A stretch of 64,000 bases of DNA from an uncultured Verrucomicrobiae bacterium (GCA_963764165.1 CAVXRD010000002.1:3072001-3136000), one strand, 5' to 3'. Counted from the first letter of the stretch, positions 48,560 through 58,783 are shown. A program made the numbers and translations. The notes: generated by a model not told the origin, from the sequence alone.

Positions 48560-49609
48560 ATGAAGAACCATGTGCAAGTCTTGAAGGGTTTCGCGCCGCC
48601 ATTCGCGCGCATCCGCGAATTGCTGGACGCCGCCACTCGCGCCCGCGTGCTGGTGATGGGCGATGTGATGCTCGATCAATTTGTGCGCGGCCGCGTGGCC
48701 CGCATTTCGCCGGAAGCACCCGTGCCAGTCGTCGATTTTGAAAGCGAAAGTTTCGTTCCCGGCGGCGCTGGAAATGTCGCCCGTAACCTTGCCGACATGT
48801 GCGCGGCCACTGAATTGCTCGGGGTTGTCGGCGAAGACAACGCGGCGCGGCAATTGAAGGAAGTGCTCGCGCATGACCACATCGGCTGCGGCGGTTTGCT
48901 GGTGTGCCCGGAACGCGCGACGAGCATCAAGACGCGCATCGTGGCGCATCGCCAGCAAGTGGTGCGGGTGGATCGCGAGAGCCGCCATAGTATTGACGCT
49001 GGCACGACGCAGCGCTTGCTCAAGCAATTGGAAAAGGACCTGGCCGCTGCCGACGCGGTCATCATTGGCGATTACGCCAAAGGCGTCGTGACTCAGGAAT
49101 TGCTCGATGGCGCGAAGAAGCTTTGCCGCGCGCGAGGCGCGTGGCTGAGCGTCGATCCCAAGCCCTCCCACCATCTCGATCTTTCCGGAGTTTCGCTGCT
49201 GACGCCGAACCGCAAGGAAGCGTTTGAATTGGCGGATATGGCCGATTTGACACCGAGCGCTCCCGCCATCGAAGATTTGAATTTGATGGCAGCGGTCGAA
49301 AAATTATTCATCGAATTCAAACCCGCCCTTCTCCTCGTGACACTCGGCGACCAGGGCATGATGCTGTGCCAGCGCGGCCAGGCGCCGCTCCTGTTTCCAA
49401 CAGTGGCGCGGGAGGTGTTCGACGTTTCCGGCGCGGGCGACACGGTCATTGCGTCGTTCACGCTGGCCATTGTGGCGGGCGCTTCGCCGCAGGAAGCGGC
49501 GATTATTTCCAATCACGCGGCGGGCATTGTGGTGGGCAAACTCGGAACGGCCACGGTGCGGCCCGAAGAGCTGCTCGAAAGTTTTCGCCAGGAAGAGGCC
49601 GTTAAATGA
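48560..49609 (+). CDS. rfaE1: D-glycero-beta-D-manno-heptose-7-phosphate kinase (HldA / RfaE domain I)
   Basis: GDVMLD, RISPEAPVPV, GGAGNVA, DYAKG, TPNRKE, DVSGAGDTV. Confidence 0.93.
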   Translation: MKNHVQVLKGFAPPFARIRELLDAATRARVLVMGDVMLDQFVRGRVARISPEAPVPVVDFESESFVPGGAGNVARNLADMCAATELLGVVGEDNAARQLKEVLAHDHIGCGGLLVCPERATSIKTRIVAHRQQVVRVDRESRHSIDAGTTQRLLKQLEKDLAAADAVIIGDYAKGVVTQELLDGAKKLCRARGAWLSVDPKPSHHLDLSGVSLLTPNRKEAFELADMADLTPSAPAIEDLNLMAAVEKLFIEFKPALLLVTLGDQGMMLCQRGQAPLLFPTVAREVFDVSGAGDTVIASFTLAIVAGASPQEAAIISNHAAGIVVGKLGTATVRPEELLESFRQEEAVK

Positions 49610-50379
49610 CGCCCGACAAAGTTCAAAGAATTCGCGCCATGAAAGGCCGCGAACGCATCGCCGCCCTCACTGCCTACGATTTCCCGATGGCGCAAATGCT
49701 CGATGCCGCCGGCATTCCGCTGCTGCTGGTGGGCGATTCGCTGGGCATGGTCGTGCTGGGCTATCCCAACACCACGCTGGTCACGATGGATGACATGGAG
49801 CATCACGTCCGCGCGGTGGCCCGGGCCAAGCCGCAGGCGTTGCTGGTGGCGGATATGCCTTACGGCAGTTGCGCCACGACGGCGAAGGCGGTCGAGAACG
49901 CGCGCCGTTTGAAAGCCGCAGGCGCGGAAGCTGTCAAAACCGAGGGCGGACGAAAAATTCTTCCGCAAATTGAGGCCATTCTCGCCGAGAGAATTCCGGT
50001 TGTGGGCCACTTGGGAATGCTGCCGCAAAACGCCGTGATCGAGGGCGGCTATCATGTGAAAGGCAAAAGCGAAGAGGAGCGATCGGCTCTGATCGCCGAC
50101 GCCAAAGCCGTGGCGCAAGCCGGGGCATTTGCGGTGGTGCTCGAATTGGTCACAGCCCCTGTCGCGGCGGAGATTACGGCGCAAATTCCGATTCCCACCA
50201 TCGGCATCGGCGCGGGCCGGAAATGCGACGGCGAAATTTTGGTGATCACAGATTTATTGGGGACTTCGCCCGGCGGCTTCATTCCGAAGCATGTTAAAAA
50301 AAACTGGCATTTGTCGGAACAAATTCGCGCGGCGGTGGTTGAATGGAAGGAAGGCGTGGTGCATCCGGGCCAGCCATGA
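49606..50379 (+). CDS. panB: 3-methyl-2-oxobutanoate hydroxymethyltransferase
   Basis: LTAYD, LVGDSLGMV, ADMPYGS, GHLG, PTIGIGAG. Confidence 0.96.
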   Translation: MTPDKVQRIRAMKGRERIAALTAYDFPMAQMLDAAGIPLLLVGDSLGMVVLGYPNTTLVTMDDMEHHVRAVARAKPQALLVADMPYGSCATTAKAVENARRLKAAGAEAVKTEGGRKILPQIEAILAERIPVVGHLGMLPQNAVIEGGYHVKGKSEEERSALIADAKAVAQAGAFAVVLELVTAPVAAEITAQIPIPTIGIGAGRKCDGEILVITDLLGTSPGGFIPKHVKKNWHLSEQIRAAVVEWKEGVVHPGQP

Positions 50380-50828
50380 AACAATTTTCGCATTTGGACG
50401 CGCGGGGGCAGATCAGCATGGTCGATGTCTCCGCCAAGCCGCCCGCCAGCCGCGAAGCGGTGGCGCGAGGGGAAATCCATTTGCAATCCGAGACCATTGC
50501 GGCTATCGAGCAGGACCAAATCGCCAAGGGCAACGTGCTGGCCTGCGCCCGTGTGGCCGGAATCATGGCTGCTAAAAAAACGGGCGAACTCATCCCGCTC
50601 TGCCATCCCCTCAGCATTACGCATTGCTCGGTTGAATTTGAAATTCCCGCTTCGCGCGACCGCATCGTCATCACAAGTTCTGCCCGCATCAACGCCTCCA
50701 CGGGTGTGGAAATGGAAGCGTTGACGGCGGTGAGCATCGCGGCCCTGACGATTTACGATATGTGCAAGGCGGCCGACAAATCGATGCGGATCACGGACAT
50801 TGTGCTCGTGTCAAAAACAAAGAAATAA
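50376..50828 (+). CDS. moaC: Cyclic pyranopterin monophosphate synthase
   Basis: MVDVSAK, AGIMAAKKT, LIPLCHP, TGVEMEAL, YDMCKA. Confidence 0.96.
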   Translation: MKQFSHLDARGQISMVDVSAKPPASREAVARGEIHLQSETIAAIEQDQIAKGNVLACARVAGIMAAKKTGELIPLCHPLSITHCSVEFEIPASRDRIVITSSARINASTGVEMEALTAVSIAALTIYDMCKAADKSMRITDIVLVSKTKK

Positions 50829-50835
50829 CGCGCCC

Positions 50836-51318
50836 ATGCAAATCGAAGCCGGCATTCTCACCATTTCCGATCGCGCCTCGCGCGGCCAATACGACGATTT
50901 GGGCGGCCCCGCCCTGCGCCAGGCGGCGACGGCGCGAGGTTGGAAAATCGCGGCGGAAGCGCTCGTGCCAGACGAGAAGCGCGACATCCAGCGCGCCATA
51001 CGCGAAATGATCAACAAAGGCTGCAACGTTGTCCTGACGACAGGCGGAACGGGCGTGGCCATTCGTGATGTCACACCTGAAGCCGTGAGAGAAATTGCGG
51101 TGCGCGAATTGCCGGGCTTTGGCGAGGTGATGCGGATCGAATCGATGAAGATCACGCACAACGCCATTTTGTCGCGGAATCTCGCCGCTATTGTGGACAA
51201 GGTTTTGGTGATCTGCCTGCCGGGCAAGCCAAGCGGCGCGGTGGAGTGCCTTGGTTTCGTGGCTGCGGCGGTGCCGCATTGCGTGCAGGTTCTGCAGGAA
51301 GTTCCAACGAGTTGTTGA
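50836..51318 (+). CDS. mog: MogA/MoaB molybdopterin adenylyltransferase
   Basis: LTISDRAS, TTGGTG...RDVTPEA, PGFGE, LPGKP. Confidence 0.92.
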   Translation: MQIEAGILTISDRASRGQYDDLGGPALRQAATARGWKIAAEALVPDEKRDIQRAIREMINKGCNVVLTTGGTGVAIRDVTPEAVREIAVRELPGFGEVMRIESMKITHNAILSRNLAAIVDKVLVICLPGKPSGAVECLGFVAAAVPHCVQVLQEVPTSC

Positions 51319-51320
51319 AC

Positions 51321-51965
51321 ATGAAATCGCATAGACAAAACTATCTAGTTGAAGCGCAGGGCGCGTCTGCCGAAGATGCCGGAGGCATCACAGCTTGTAG
51401 CCGGTGGTTGAGCGAAGCGACACCACCGGACCCAGCGATAATAATGGCTCATCCCGGCAGGGATGACAGCCGCGTGGCGGTGCGACGGCACAGGGTGGCA
51501 TCCTTTCAGGATGCAGGGATTATTGAACATTTTTCCGGTGGAGTCGCTTCGCTCAACCACCGGCTGCTAGCTTGCAGCCCTTCCGGGATGCTGCTCGCAT
51601 TTCTCCTCATCGCGGCCACCGGCTGTGTCAGCCAGAAAAAGGCGAACGAGCGAGCGCGGGAAGCTTATATGCAGGGCCAGCAGCAGGCCATGCAGACGGC
51701 GATGCAAACACGGCAGGACCAGCAAGCCGCCGAGGGCCCGGTGGTGTACGTGCAGGGCCCGGTGCGGCATTCGCAAGTGCCGTGGGAGGAAGGGATGAAA
51801 CTAAGCCAGGTTGTCGCCGCGGCGGAATACACCGGCTTCATGAATCCGCGCCACATTCGCCTGCTGCGCAACGGGCAGTTGGCGGGTGAATTGAAGGGCG
51901 TCGATCTTCTGCGCCACCAGGATTTGGATGTGGAAAAAGGCGACACCGTCCTTGTCGTGCCATAG
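51321..51965 (+). CDS. Lipoprotein with SLBB-like domain; palindromic element in its 5' end
   Basis: LLAFLLIAATG-C lipobox; VYVQGPV...GMKLSQVVAAA...GDTVLV. Alternative start is ATG 51588. Confidence 0.7.
   Translation: MKSHRQNYLVEAQGASAEDAGGITACSRWLSEATPPDPAIIMAHPGRDDSRVAVRRHRVASFQDAGIIEHFSGGVASLNHRLLACSPSGMLLAFLLIAATGCVSQKKANERAREAYMQGQQQAMQTAMQTRQDQQAAEGPVVYVQGPVRHSQVPWEEGMKLSQVVAAAEYTGFMNPRHIRLLRNGQLAGELKGVDLLRHQDLDVEKGDTVLVVP
51375..51590. repeat. Multi-hairpin REP-like palindromic element
   Basis: AGCCGGTGGTTGAGCGAAGCGACACCACCGGA (51399-51430) with near-exact inverse (51534-51565); small hairpins GATGCCGGAGGCATC, CATCCCGGCAGGGATG and GCATCCTTTCAGGATGC. Confidence 0.8.
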
Positions 51966-52053
51966 AATTCCTCGCGAATCTGCTGCAACGGCATGCAATT
52001 ATGTTGGCAGCCAATTTTTGTTCGTTTTTTCCGGGCGGCGCACCCGCGCCGAT

Positions 52054-52239
52054 TCCGTTGAGAGCATTGACGATTACGCCACCCCAGAGTTGGAAGCGGC
52101 CTGGGACGATGAAATCGAGCGACGCGTGAAGGATATCCAGTCTGGCGAGGAAAAAGGGATTCCAGCCGAAGACGTGATGAAAGAGGCTCGCCGCGCGTTA
52201 AATGAAACCCGTCGCCTGCCATCGGCTCGCCGCAAGTGA
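52054..52239 (+). pseudogene. Addiction-module antitoxin component, apparently 5'-truncated
   Basis: SVESID...LEAAWDDEIERRVKDIQSG...IPAEDV is the C-terminal half of this antitoxin type; no convincing start or N-terminal helix. Confidence 0.6.
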
Positions 52240-52498
52240 GTTGATCACGTCGGCGAAGTTCTGCGATCATCGGAATCCAACCCTCGGCGAGGCTTTTCTT
52301 TCCTTTGTGGAAGCAGCACTGCCGAAAATCCAGCGCAATCCAGAACTCGGCACGCCTGGCAAGCTCGGAACCCGCAGTTGGAAAACGAAACGCTTTCCTT
52401 TCCGAATTGTTTATCTGGACCAGCCGGACCGATTTTGGATCGTGGCCGTCGCGCACTTGAGCCGCAGACCGGATTATTGGGTTCGGCGATTGCAGTGA
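52202..52498 (+). CDS. RelE/ParE family toxin
   Basis: H..A..EL..., LG..F, RFPFRIVY, IVAVAHLSRRPDYW. Confidence 0.85.
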   Translation: MKPVACHRLAASELITSAKFCDHRNPTLGEAFLSFVEAALPKIQRNPELGTPGKLGTRSWKTKRFPFRIVYLDQPDRFWIVAVAHLSRRPDYWVRRLQ

Positions 52499-52568
52499 TT
52501 TTTCTCTGCTCCTCTTTTAATGCTGATGGCGCTTTTTTCGGATCAAAAGGCTGGGGTTCACATCAGTG

Positions 52569-54770
52569 CTAGCGCAAAAACGCCTCGTGCAAGCCGCCGT
52601 CCACCGTGATGATCTGGCCGGTTGTTTTTGACAGGCGTTGCGAGACGAGCAGGAAATACGCTTCGGCCTGGTCCGCGGGCGTAATCGGCGCTTTGGTGAG
52701 CGTGCGGTCGGCGTAAAATTGCGCGAGCTTTTTTACTAGCGATTCCGTCGCCTCGTCGTTCTGGTAAGGAATGTTGTATTTCGCGAGCGAGCCGATGACG
52801 CGATCGCGCGGGAACATCGCCGAGCCTTGCACGACAGTCGCCGGCGCGACGCCATTCACGCGCACCAGCGGCGCAAGTTCGATGGCGAGCTCGCGCACGA
52901 GATGATTGCCTGCGGCTTTGGAAACGTCATACGCGACGGAGCCTTTTTTCGCGACCGCGCCGTTGGCTGAAGTCGTCAAAACCAACTGGCCTTTCAATCC
53001 TTGTTCCTTCCATGTCTTGAACGCTTCGTCGCCGACGAGATAACTGCCGGTGACGTTGATGTTGAACGTCAGCGCCCATTTGTCGTCGGGAATGTGGCCG
53101 GTCGTGTCGCTCGGCACAAAAATGCCGGCGGTCACGCAGATCGAATCGAAGCCCCCGTAAGCGAGCGCGACTTGATCGAGCATCTTGCGAATGCTCGCTC
53201 GGTCGGTGATGTTCGCGGCGAGTCCAATGGCCGGGCCGCAATTGGAAATTCCCGTGCCCGCCACGCCGATGCCCAAACCAAATTTGTCCGTGATTTCCTT
53301 CGCGGTCGCCCGCGCCGCCGCTTCATTCAAATCCACGCAGACAATATGCGCGCCGTCTTTGACCAGCCGATGGGCCGTTTCTTTGCCGATGCCCGAGCCC
53401 GCGCCAATTACGACAATGATTTGCCGCGCCAACTCTTTTTCGGCCGGCATCCGCTTCAATTTTGCTTCCTCCAGCAGCCAGTATTCGATGTCGAACGCTT
53501 CCTGCTGCGGCAGCGCAATATATTTGTCAATCGCCTCCGCGCCGCGCATGACTTCGACAGCGCAATTGTAAAATTCCGCCGTGACGCGTGATTCGGATTT
53601 GTCCTTGCCCCAGGCCACCATGCCGAGCCCGGGAATCAAAACGACGGTCGGGTTCGGGTCGCGCATCGCGGGCGAATTCGCGTGCTTGCACTTATCGTAA
53701 TACGCGGCGTAATCCTTGCGGTATTGCACGAGGCCCTCGGCGAGTTTTTTCTTCAAAGCCGCCGCGTCCTCCGTCTGCGGATTCCACGCGACGTAAAGCG
53801 GCTTGATTTTCGTGCGCAGGAAATGGTCGGGACAGCTCGTGCCGAGTTCCGCCAGGCGCGGCGCATCGGCGGAATTGACGAAACGCAAAATCTGTTCGTC
53901 GTCCTGAACCGTGGCGATGAAACGCTTTTGCTGTGAAACCTGCCCGCGCAGCCACGGCAGAACGGCGGCGAAAACTTCATGGCGCTTTTCCTGCGCCAGC
54001 GTCTGGTATCTTGCGCCGCCGAATGCCTTCGCGTCGCCGCCTTTGGCCTGATATTTCGCCTCGATGAATTGCGACGCGCGTTCGATGAAATCCAGCGTGC
54101 GCAAATAACATTCCCTGTCGTCGTCCGCCCAGGAAATAAAACCGTGCTGGCCCATCATGATCCCGGTCGCCTTTGGATTCTTCTTCACGATTTCCTGCAT
54201 CGCGAGGCCGAGTTCAAAACCGGGCCGCATCCATTTCACATAATCCATTTCGCCGCCGAAAACTTCCTGGGTGAGCTCTTCGCAATTCGCCGAGGCCGCG
54301 ATGGCGATGACGGCGTTCGGGTGCATGTGATCCACGAACTTCGCGGGAATGAAACTGTGCAGCGGCGTGTCAATCGAGGAGGCGCGCGGATTCAAATTAA
54401 ACGTCGTGTGGTTGTAGGCCGCGACCATGTCGTCCTCGGCCTGGGATTTCAAACCCTTGTCGGCGCGCGCGGCGTAACTTTTTTGCAGTCCGATCAATTT
54501 GTCCTGATAGAGCGAGGAAAAGTTTTCGCGCAAGCTCGTCCGCAGATCGCCGCCGGAGCCTTTGACCCAAAGCACGTCCACCTTCTCGCCTGTGAGCGGA
54601 TCGGTCTCGGAAATTTTCGACGACGTGTTGCCGCCGCCGGTGTTGGTGATGCGCTGGTCCGCCCCGAGTTTGTTCGAGCGATACACGAGCCGGTCCACGC
54701 CCGCGAGCTTCGCGGCGTCGGCATCAGTCCAAAGATTGTTGACGAATCGAAAGAATTTTTCCGTTTGCAT
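52569..54770 (-). CDS. rhaD: Bifunctional rhamnulose-1-phosphate aldolase / short-chain dehydrogenase
   Basis: GGGNTSSK, VKGSGGDL, SIDTPLH, DHMHP, GTSCPDHFLRTK, EYWLLEEAKL; SDR GAGSGIG and YDVSK. Confidence 0.92.
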   Translation of the reverse strand: MQTEKFFRFVNNLWTDADAAKLAGVDRLVYRSNKLGADQRITNTGGGNTSSKISETDPLTGEKVDVLWVKGSGGDLRTSLRENFSSLYQDKLIGLQKSYAARADKGLKSQAEDDMVAAYNHTTFNLNPRASSIDTPLHSFIPAKFVDHMHPNAVIAIAASANCEELTQEVFGGEMDYVKWMRPGFELGLAMQEIVKKNPKATGIMMGQHGFISWADDDRECYLRTLDFIERASQFIEAKYQAKGGDAKAFGGARYQTLAQEKRHEVFAAVLPWLRGQVSQQKRFIATVQDDEQILRFVNSADAPRLAELGTSCPDHFLRTKIKPLYVAWNPQTEDAAALKKKLAEGLVQYRKDYAAYYDKCKHANSPAMRDPNPTVVLIPGLGMVAWGKDKSESRVTAEFYNCAVEVMRGAEAIDKYIALPQQEAFDIEYWLLEEAKLKRMPAEKELARQIIVVIGAGSGIGKETAHRLVKDGAHIVCVDLNEAAARATAKEITDKFGLGIGVAGTGISNCGPAIGLAANITDRASIRKMLDQVALAYGGFDSICVTAGIFVPSDTTGHIPDDKWALTFNINVTGSYLVGDEAFKTWKEQGLKGQLVLTTSANGAVAKKGSVAYDVSKAAGNHLVRELAIELAPLVRVNGVAPATVVQGSAMFPRDRVIGSLAKYNIPYQNDEATESLVKKLAQFYADRTLTKAPITPADQAEAYFLLVSQRLSKTTGQIITVDGGLHEAFLR

Positions 54771-55012
54771 ATTTACAAGATTACCAGACCGCCAGGGAAA
54801 GCGTTTGGGTTTTTATTATGGTGTCCTTGGCATTTTTCAATGTGAAAAAGATTGCCGCAGTATAAGCGCATGCGCTTTTGCAGTCCACCCCCGGGCTTTT
54901 GTCCCGGCGACCTCATGGGATCTAAATAATCTGGAACGCCCGAACTCAGGAAAAGAGGCCACGGTCGTTTTTCAGACGATCGCGGTAATGTCGCTGCGTC
55001 GATTCGCTCGCC

Positions 55013-56347
55013 CTACACCAGAGCGAGTGGAGCAAATTTTTTTCCGAGAATCGGAACGCTCGGCGTTTTGAGCCACTCTTCCAGAAGCCCGGCGTAAACC
55101 GAGCGGAAATCGACGTTGTATTTCAAGTCCCCTTGGAAAAGGTCGCCGGGCGCGAGGCTCGGATACTCGCCGTGCAGTCCCGATTTAACTTTGTCGCCGA
55201 TGACGAACATGGGCGCGGCAGCGCCGTGGTCTGTGCCTCCGTTGGCGTTCTCGGCCACGCGCCGGCCAAATTCGCTGAAAGTCATGATCGTCACGCGCCC
55301 GAGATTTCCCTGCGCTTTCAAATCTTCAACAAAAGCCTTCACCGAATCGCCGAGCTCCGTCATCAAGCGGTCATGCTGCCCGCCTTGATTTGTGTGCGTA
55401 TCGTAACCGCCTTGTGAAACATAATAAACACGCGTGGGCAATCCGCCGGCGATCAACTGGCCGACCAATTTCAGCGAGCGAGCCAATTGCGTCGTTGGAT
55501 ACTCCGCCTTGTTTTCCACGCGCTTGGTGATGGCCAGAATTTTGTCGGAGCTGACCTGCGCATCCATCGCGGTGCGCGAAAGAAAATCCGCCACTGAGCC
55601 GTGGTGCGCGACCGGGCCGCCAATGGCCCCAATGGTCGCGCCGGAGTTTTCCGTCTGGCCTTCCTCCATCGCGGGCTGGTTTAATTCGCGATAGGATTTT
55701 TCATCGGCGTTCATTTCGCCGTCCGCCTGGTGCTTGCCGCCGTTGAAACGGTAGCTTTGCGGATTGTCCAGGCAAACACCGGTCGGGGTGTGCGCGCTGA
55801 AGGCTTGCGGCATTTGGCGCCCGATATTCACGCCGACGGTTGGATCGCATCCTGCGCACGCGTTGTCAAAATAACGGCCGAGCCAGCCGTAGCTTTCCGT
55901 TTTCTCGGCGTCGCTGGCGGTCTGCCAGATTTCCGTGGAGCGGAAATGGGAGCGATTCGGGTTCGGATAACCGACGCCCTGGATGATGCTCAAATGCCCG
56001 CCATCATACAAATCCTTGAAGCCGGAAAGCGACTTGGGCAACGCCACTTGATCGTTGATTTTCAGGAGCGAGTTCTCCTTCAAACCAATGCGAGGGCGGG
56101 CTTTGAAATAATGATCGTTCGCATAGGGCACCACGGTGTTGAGGCCGTCATTGCCGCCAGCCATCTGCAAGACAACAAGAATATTCCCGTCCTTGCCGTT
56201 CGCGGTTTGCGTGGCGGATTGGTCAGCCTGCGTGTGCAGCGCGGAAAAGGTGTTGGCCAGAAAAGCGGGAACAGTCCAGCTTAGCGCGCCACCAAGAATT
56301 CCGGTGCGAATAAATTGGCGGCGGGTTTGCAATGAGAACGGTTTCAT
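55013..56347 (-). CDS. DUF1501 family protein (Tat substrate)
   Basis: TRRQFIRTG; GGNDGLNTVVP, GYPNPNRSHF, GYDTH, SEFGRR, GTDHG. Confidence 0.92.
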   Translation of the reverse strand: MKPFSLQTRRQFIRTGILGGALSWTVPAFLANTFSALHTQADQSATQTANGKDGNILVVLQMAGGNDGLNTVVPYANDHYFKARPRIGLKENSLLKINDQVALPKSLSGFKDLYDGGHLSIIQGVGYPNPNRSHFRSTEIWQTASDAEKTESYGWLGRYFDNACAGCDPTVGVNIGRQMPQAFSAHTPTGVCLDNPQSYRFNGGKHQADGEMNADEKSYRELNQPAMEEGQTENSGATIGAIGGPVAHHGSVADFLSRTAMDAQVSSDKILAITKRVENKAEYPTTQLARSLKLVGQLIAGGLPTRVYYVSQGGYDTHTNQGGQHDRLMTELGDSVKAFVEDLKAQGNLGRVTIMTFSEFGRRVAENANGGTDHGAAAPMFVIGDKVKSGLHGEYPSLAPGDLFQGDLKYNVDFRSVYAGLLEEWLKTPSVPILGKKFAPLALV

Positions 56348-56354
56348 AAAATCT

Positions 56355-57875
56355 TCAAGTCACCTGGTATTCGGGAGTGCACATCAAGAGCCGGATGGCG
56401 TGGCGAATCTCGTCGTCGCCAAATTGCGTCCGCGAACCAAGGTAATCGCCCAGAATCTGCCGGTGCTGGCTGGTCAGGCGGTCCTGCATAAACCGCCGTC
56501 CAAGCGCGGCAATCAACGTTTTCACATCGCGGCGATCACCTTCGTCAATTATAGAATCCACCTCAACCGGAGTCATGCGCCGCGCCTGCATGTTGGCGAA
56601 TTGCGCGACCATATTCTGCCCCGGTTTCCCTCCGCCCTGCGCGCCGAGTTCTCCCTGGCCCATCACGAGCGTGGCGGCCTGATTGTAACGGGCCAGAAGC
56701 GTATTGGTGGTAATCCAGCTTACGCCGCCATCCCAGCCCTTCACATTCGGCGGAACGAGCAAATCCTGCCCCAGCGTTTTCAGCATTTCCGTCGAGACGA
56801 TGGGCGGCGGCATGGGGCGATCGAGAAAGCGGATCGAGCCGACCAGCCATTGCACAGGACTCTTGACCTGATTGGCCACCACGGTGTCCGAATAAAACTC
56901 CTCGCTCCGAAACATCGTGTGAAGAAGCGGCTTGAAATGGTTGCCGTTGGAGCGGAACGCATCGGCCAGCGCATCGATCAAAGCCTTGTCCGGATTTTCG
57001 CTGGCGAAAAATTTCCACAATTTCCCCGAAATAAACCGGGCCGATTGCGGCTGCGCCACGATGATTTCCAAAACATCGCGTCCGTCGAAATTTCCTGTCT
57101 TGCCGAGAATCGTCTTGGTTCCCGTGTCATGGGCGAAGGGGCGGTAGATGTATTTTTCGTTGATCCGGTCGAGTGACCATCCCGTCATCGCGCGGGCGGC
57201 TTCCGTGACATCCTTCTCCGTGTAATGCCCTTCGCCGAGCGTGAACAACTCCATGCACTCGCGCGCGAAATTCTCGTTGGGATGCTGTTTGCGGCTTTGC
57301 GCCTGGTCGAGCCACACCAGCATCGCTGGATCGGTGGCGACGGCCTCGAGGAGCGTGAGCCAATCCCCGGAACCGAGTTCGCGGAAGGTCTCGATCTGCT
57401 TCCACATGAAATAGGCGTCGCGCACCTTGACCGCGCTGGTGGCAAAATGGCCGTGCCAGAATAGTGTGAGCTTTTCCTGCAACGGATGCGGGCCTTTGGC
57501 CATGCGCTGGATCCATTGCCCGCGCATCTGCTGCAAATTGCGCAGTTGCTCCTTCTGCACCTCCTGCACCGCTTTGCGCCGTTTCTCGGCTTCCTCTTTT
57601 TTCTCCTCTTCGGTGAGGTTTTCGCTCATTTCTTCGCGCTGCTTTTGATAAGCCTCGCGAACTTTTTCGTTGCGCTCGGGATCAGCCTTGGCCCATTCCG
57701 GGCGCTCGTCCGAGTCGGGTGTTTTCTCGAAATCGACAAAATAGGAAACGGCCTTATCTGGCCCCAATTGGACCAGTTTCTCGATTTCCGACGGCGTTCC
57801 CCCGAAACCGGCGCGGTTGTACAGATGAGCCGCGGCGGCATAATTCCACTTGGATGCTGGCAAAGGGTTCAGCAT
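56355..57875 (-). CDS. DUF1800 family protein
   Basis: HLYNRAGFG, LQEKLTLFWHGHFAT, PNENFARECMELFTLG, PPNVKGW, PEYQ. Confidence 0.93.
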   Translation of the reverse strand: MLNPLPASKWNYAAAAHLYNRAGFGGTPSEIEKLVQLGPDKAVSYFVDFEKTPDSDERPEWAKADPERNEKVREAYQKQREEMSENLTEEEKKEEAEKRRKAVQEVQKEQLRNLQQMRGQWIQRMAKGPHPLQEKLTLFWHGHFATSAVKVRDAYFMWKQIETFRELGSGDWLTLLEAVATDPAMLVWLDQAQSRKQHPNENFARECMELFTLGEGHYTEKDVTEAARAMTGWSLDRINEKYIYRPFAHDTGTKTILGKTGNFDGRDVLEIIVAQPQSARFISGKLWKFFASENPDKALIDALADAFRSNGNHFKPLLHTMFRSEEFYSDTVVANQVKSPVQWLVGSIRFLDRPMPPPIVSTEMLKTLGQDLLVPPNVKGWDGGVSWITTNTLLARYNQAATLVMGQGELGAQGGGKPGQNMVAQFANMQARRMTPVEVDSIIDEGDRRDVKTLIAALGRRFMQDRLTSQHRQILGDYLGSRTQFGDDEIRHAIRLLMCTPEYQVT

Positions 57876-58006
57876 GAAGAGTTAGACGGCTGGCGAAATC
57901 CCGGGTTACAACTATTTTGTGTGCGGCGTGACGCACATGCCCTTGCGCGGCGATTCGCCTTGATGCGCCGCGCCGGCTGCAAGCATGATGGATTGGAATA
58001 AATTGA

Positions 58007-58783
58007 TTGAATATTGAGTGGCCCATTCTGACCCGCACTGGAGTCGCCTTCGTCGTCGCCATGGTCGGTGGAGTTTTGAGCGCTTTGCTGGCGCGGACGC
58101 ATAAGCAGCTTTGCGCCATGATCAGCCTTGGGGCGGGCACGCTGCTGGGCGTCACGTTTTTTGCCATCGGGCCGGAGTGCTGGCATGATTCGCAGAAAGG
58201 CGGAGTTTCACCGTGGTACTTGCTGATTTCGGCGGCGGCGGGCTATCTGCTTTTCGCGCTCATCAGCAAATACGTTTACCACGTCTGCCCGGCTTGCGCG
58301 GCAAGTCACTTCGATGAGGCGACAACGCATCACTTTGCCGAAATCGCGACGGCGATGATGATCGCGCTGGGGATTCATTGCACCATTGACGGATTGGCGG
58401 TGGCGGCTGGCAGCAAAGAATTGTGGCTTGATATGTCGCTGACGATGGCCGTTTGCGTTCATAAAGCGCCAGAAGGCTTGGCGCTGGGGGCTTTGCTGCT
58501 GGGGGCGGGAATTCCCAAAGGCAAGATGCTTTGGTACGTGGCGGCGGTCGAATCGACCACCATTGTCGGCGGAGTGCTGGGCTGGTATGTTTTCGGCGGT
58601 GCCACGAAAATCTGGGTGCCTCTGGCACTGGCCAACGCAGGCGGCGGATTCATTTTCCTCGCGGCTCACGCCGTGCTTGGCGAAATCATGAAGCACGAAA
58701 AGAAGATCGTCATCATCAGTTTCGCGGTCGGGTTTTGCGCGATTGCGGCCCTGGTGCTTGGGTTCCGCTTGCAGGCGGATTGA
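58007..58783 (+). CDS. ZIP family metal transporter
   Basis: Multiple TMs; GAGTLL, IHCTIDGLA, HKAPEG; TTG start. Confidence 0.85.
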   Translation: MNIEWPILTRTGVAFVVAMVGGVLSALLARTHKQLCAMISLGAGTLLGVTFFAIGPECWHDSQKGGVSPWYLLISAAAGYLLFALISKYVYHVCPACAASHFDEATTHHFAEIATAMMIALGIHCTIDGLAVAAGSKELWLDMSLTMAVCVHKAPEGLALGALLLGAGIPKGKMLWYVAAVESTTIVGGVLGWYVFGGATKIWVPLALANAGGGFIFLAAHAVLGEIMKHEKKIVIISFAVGFCAIAALVLGFRLQAD

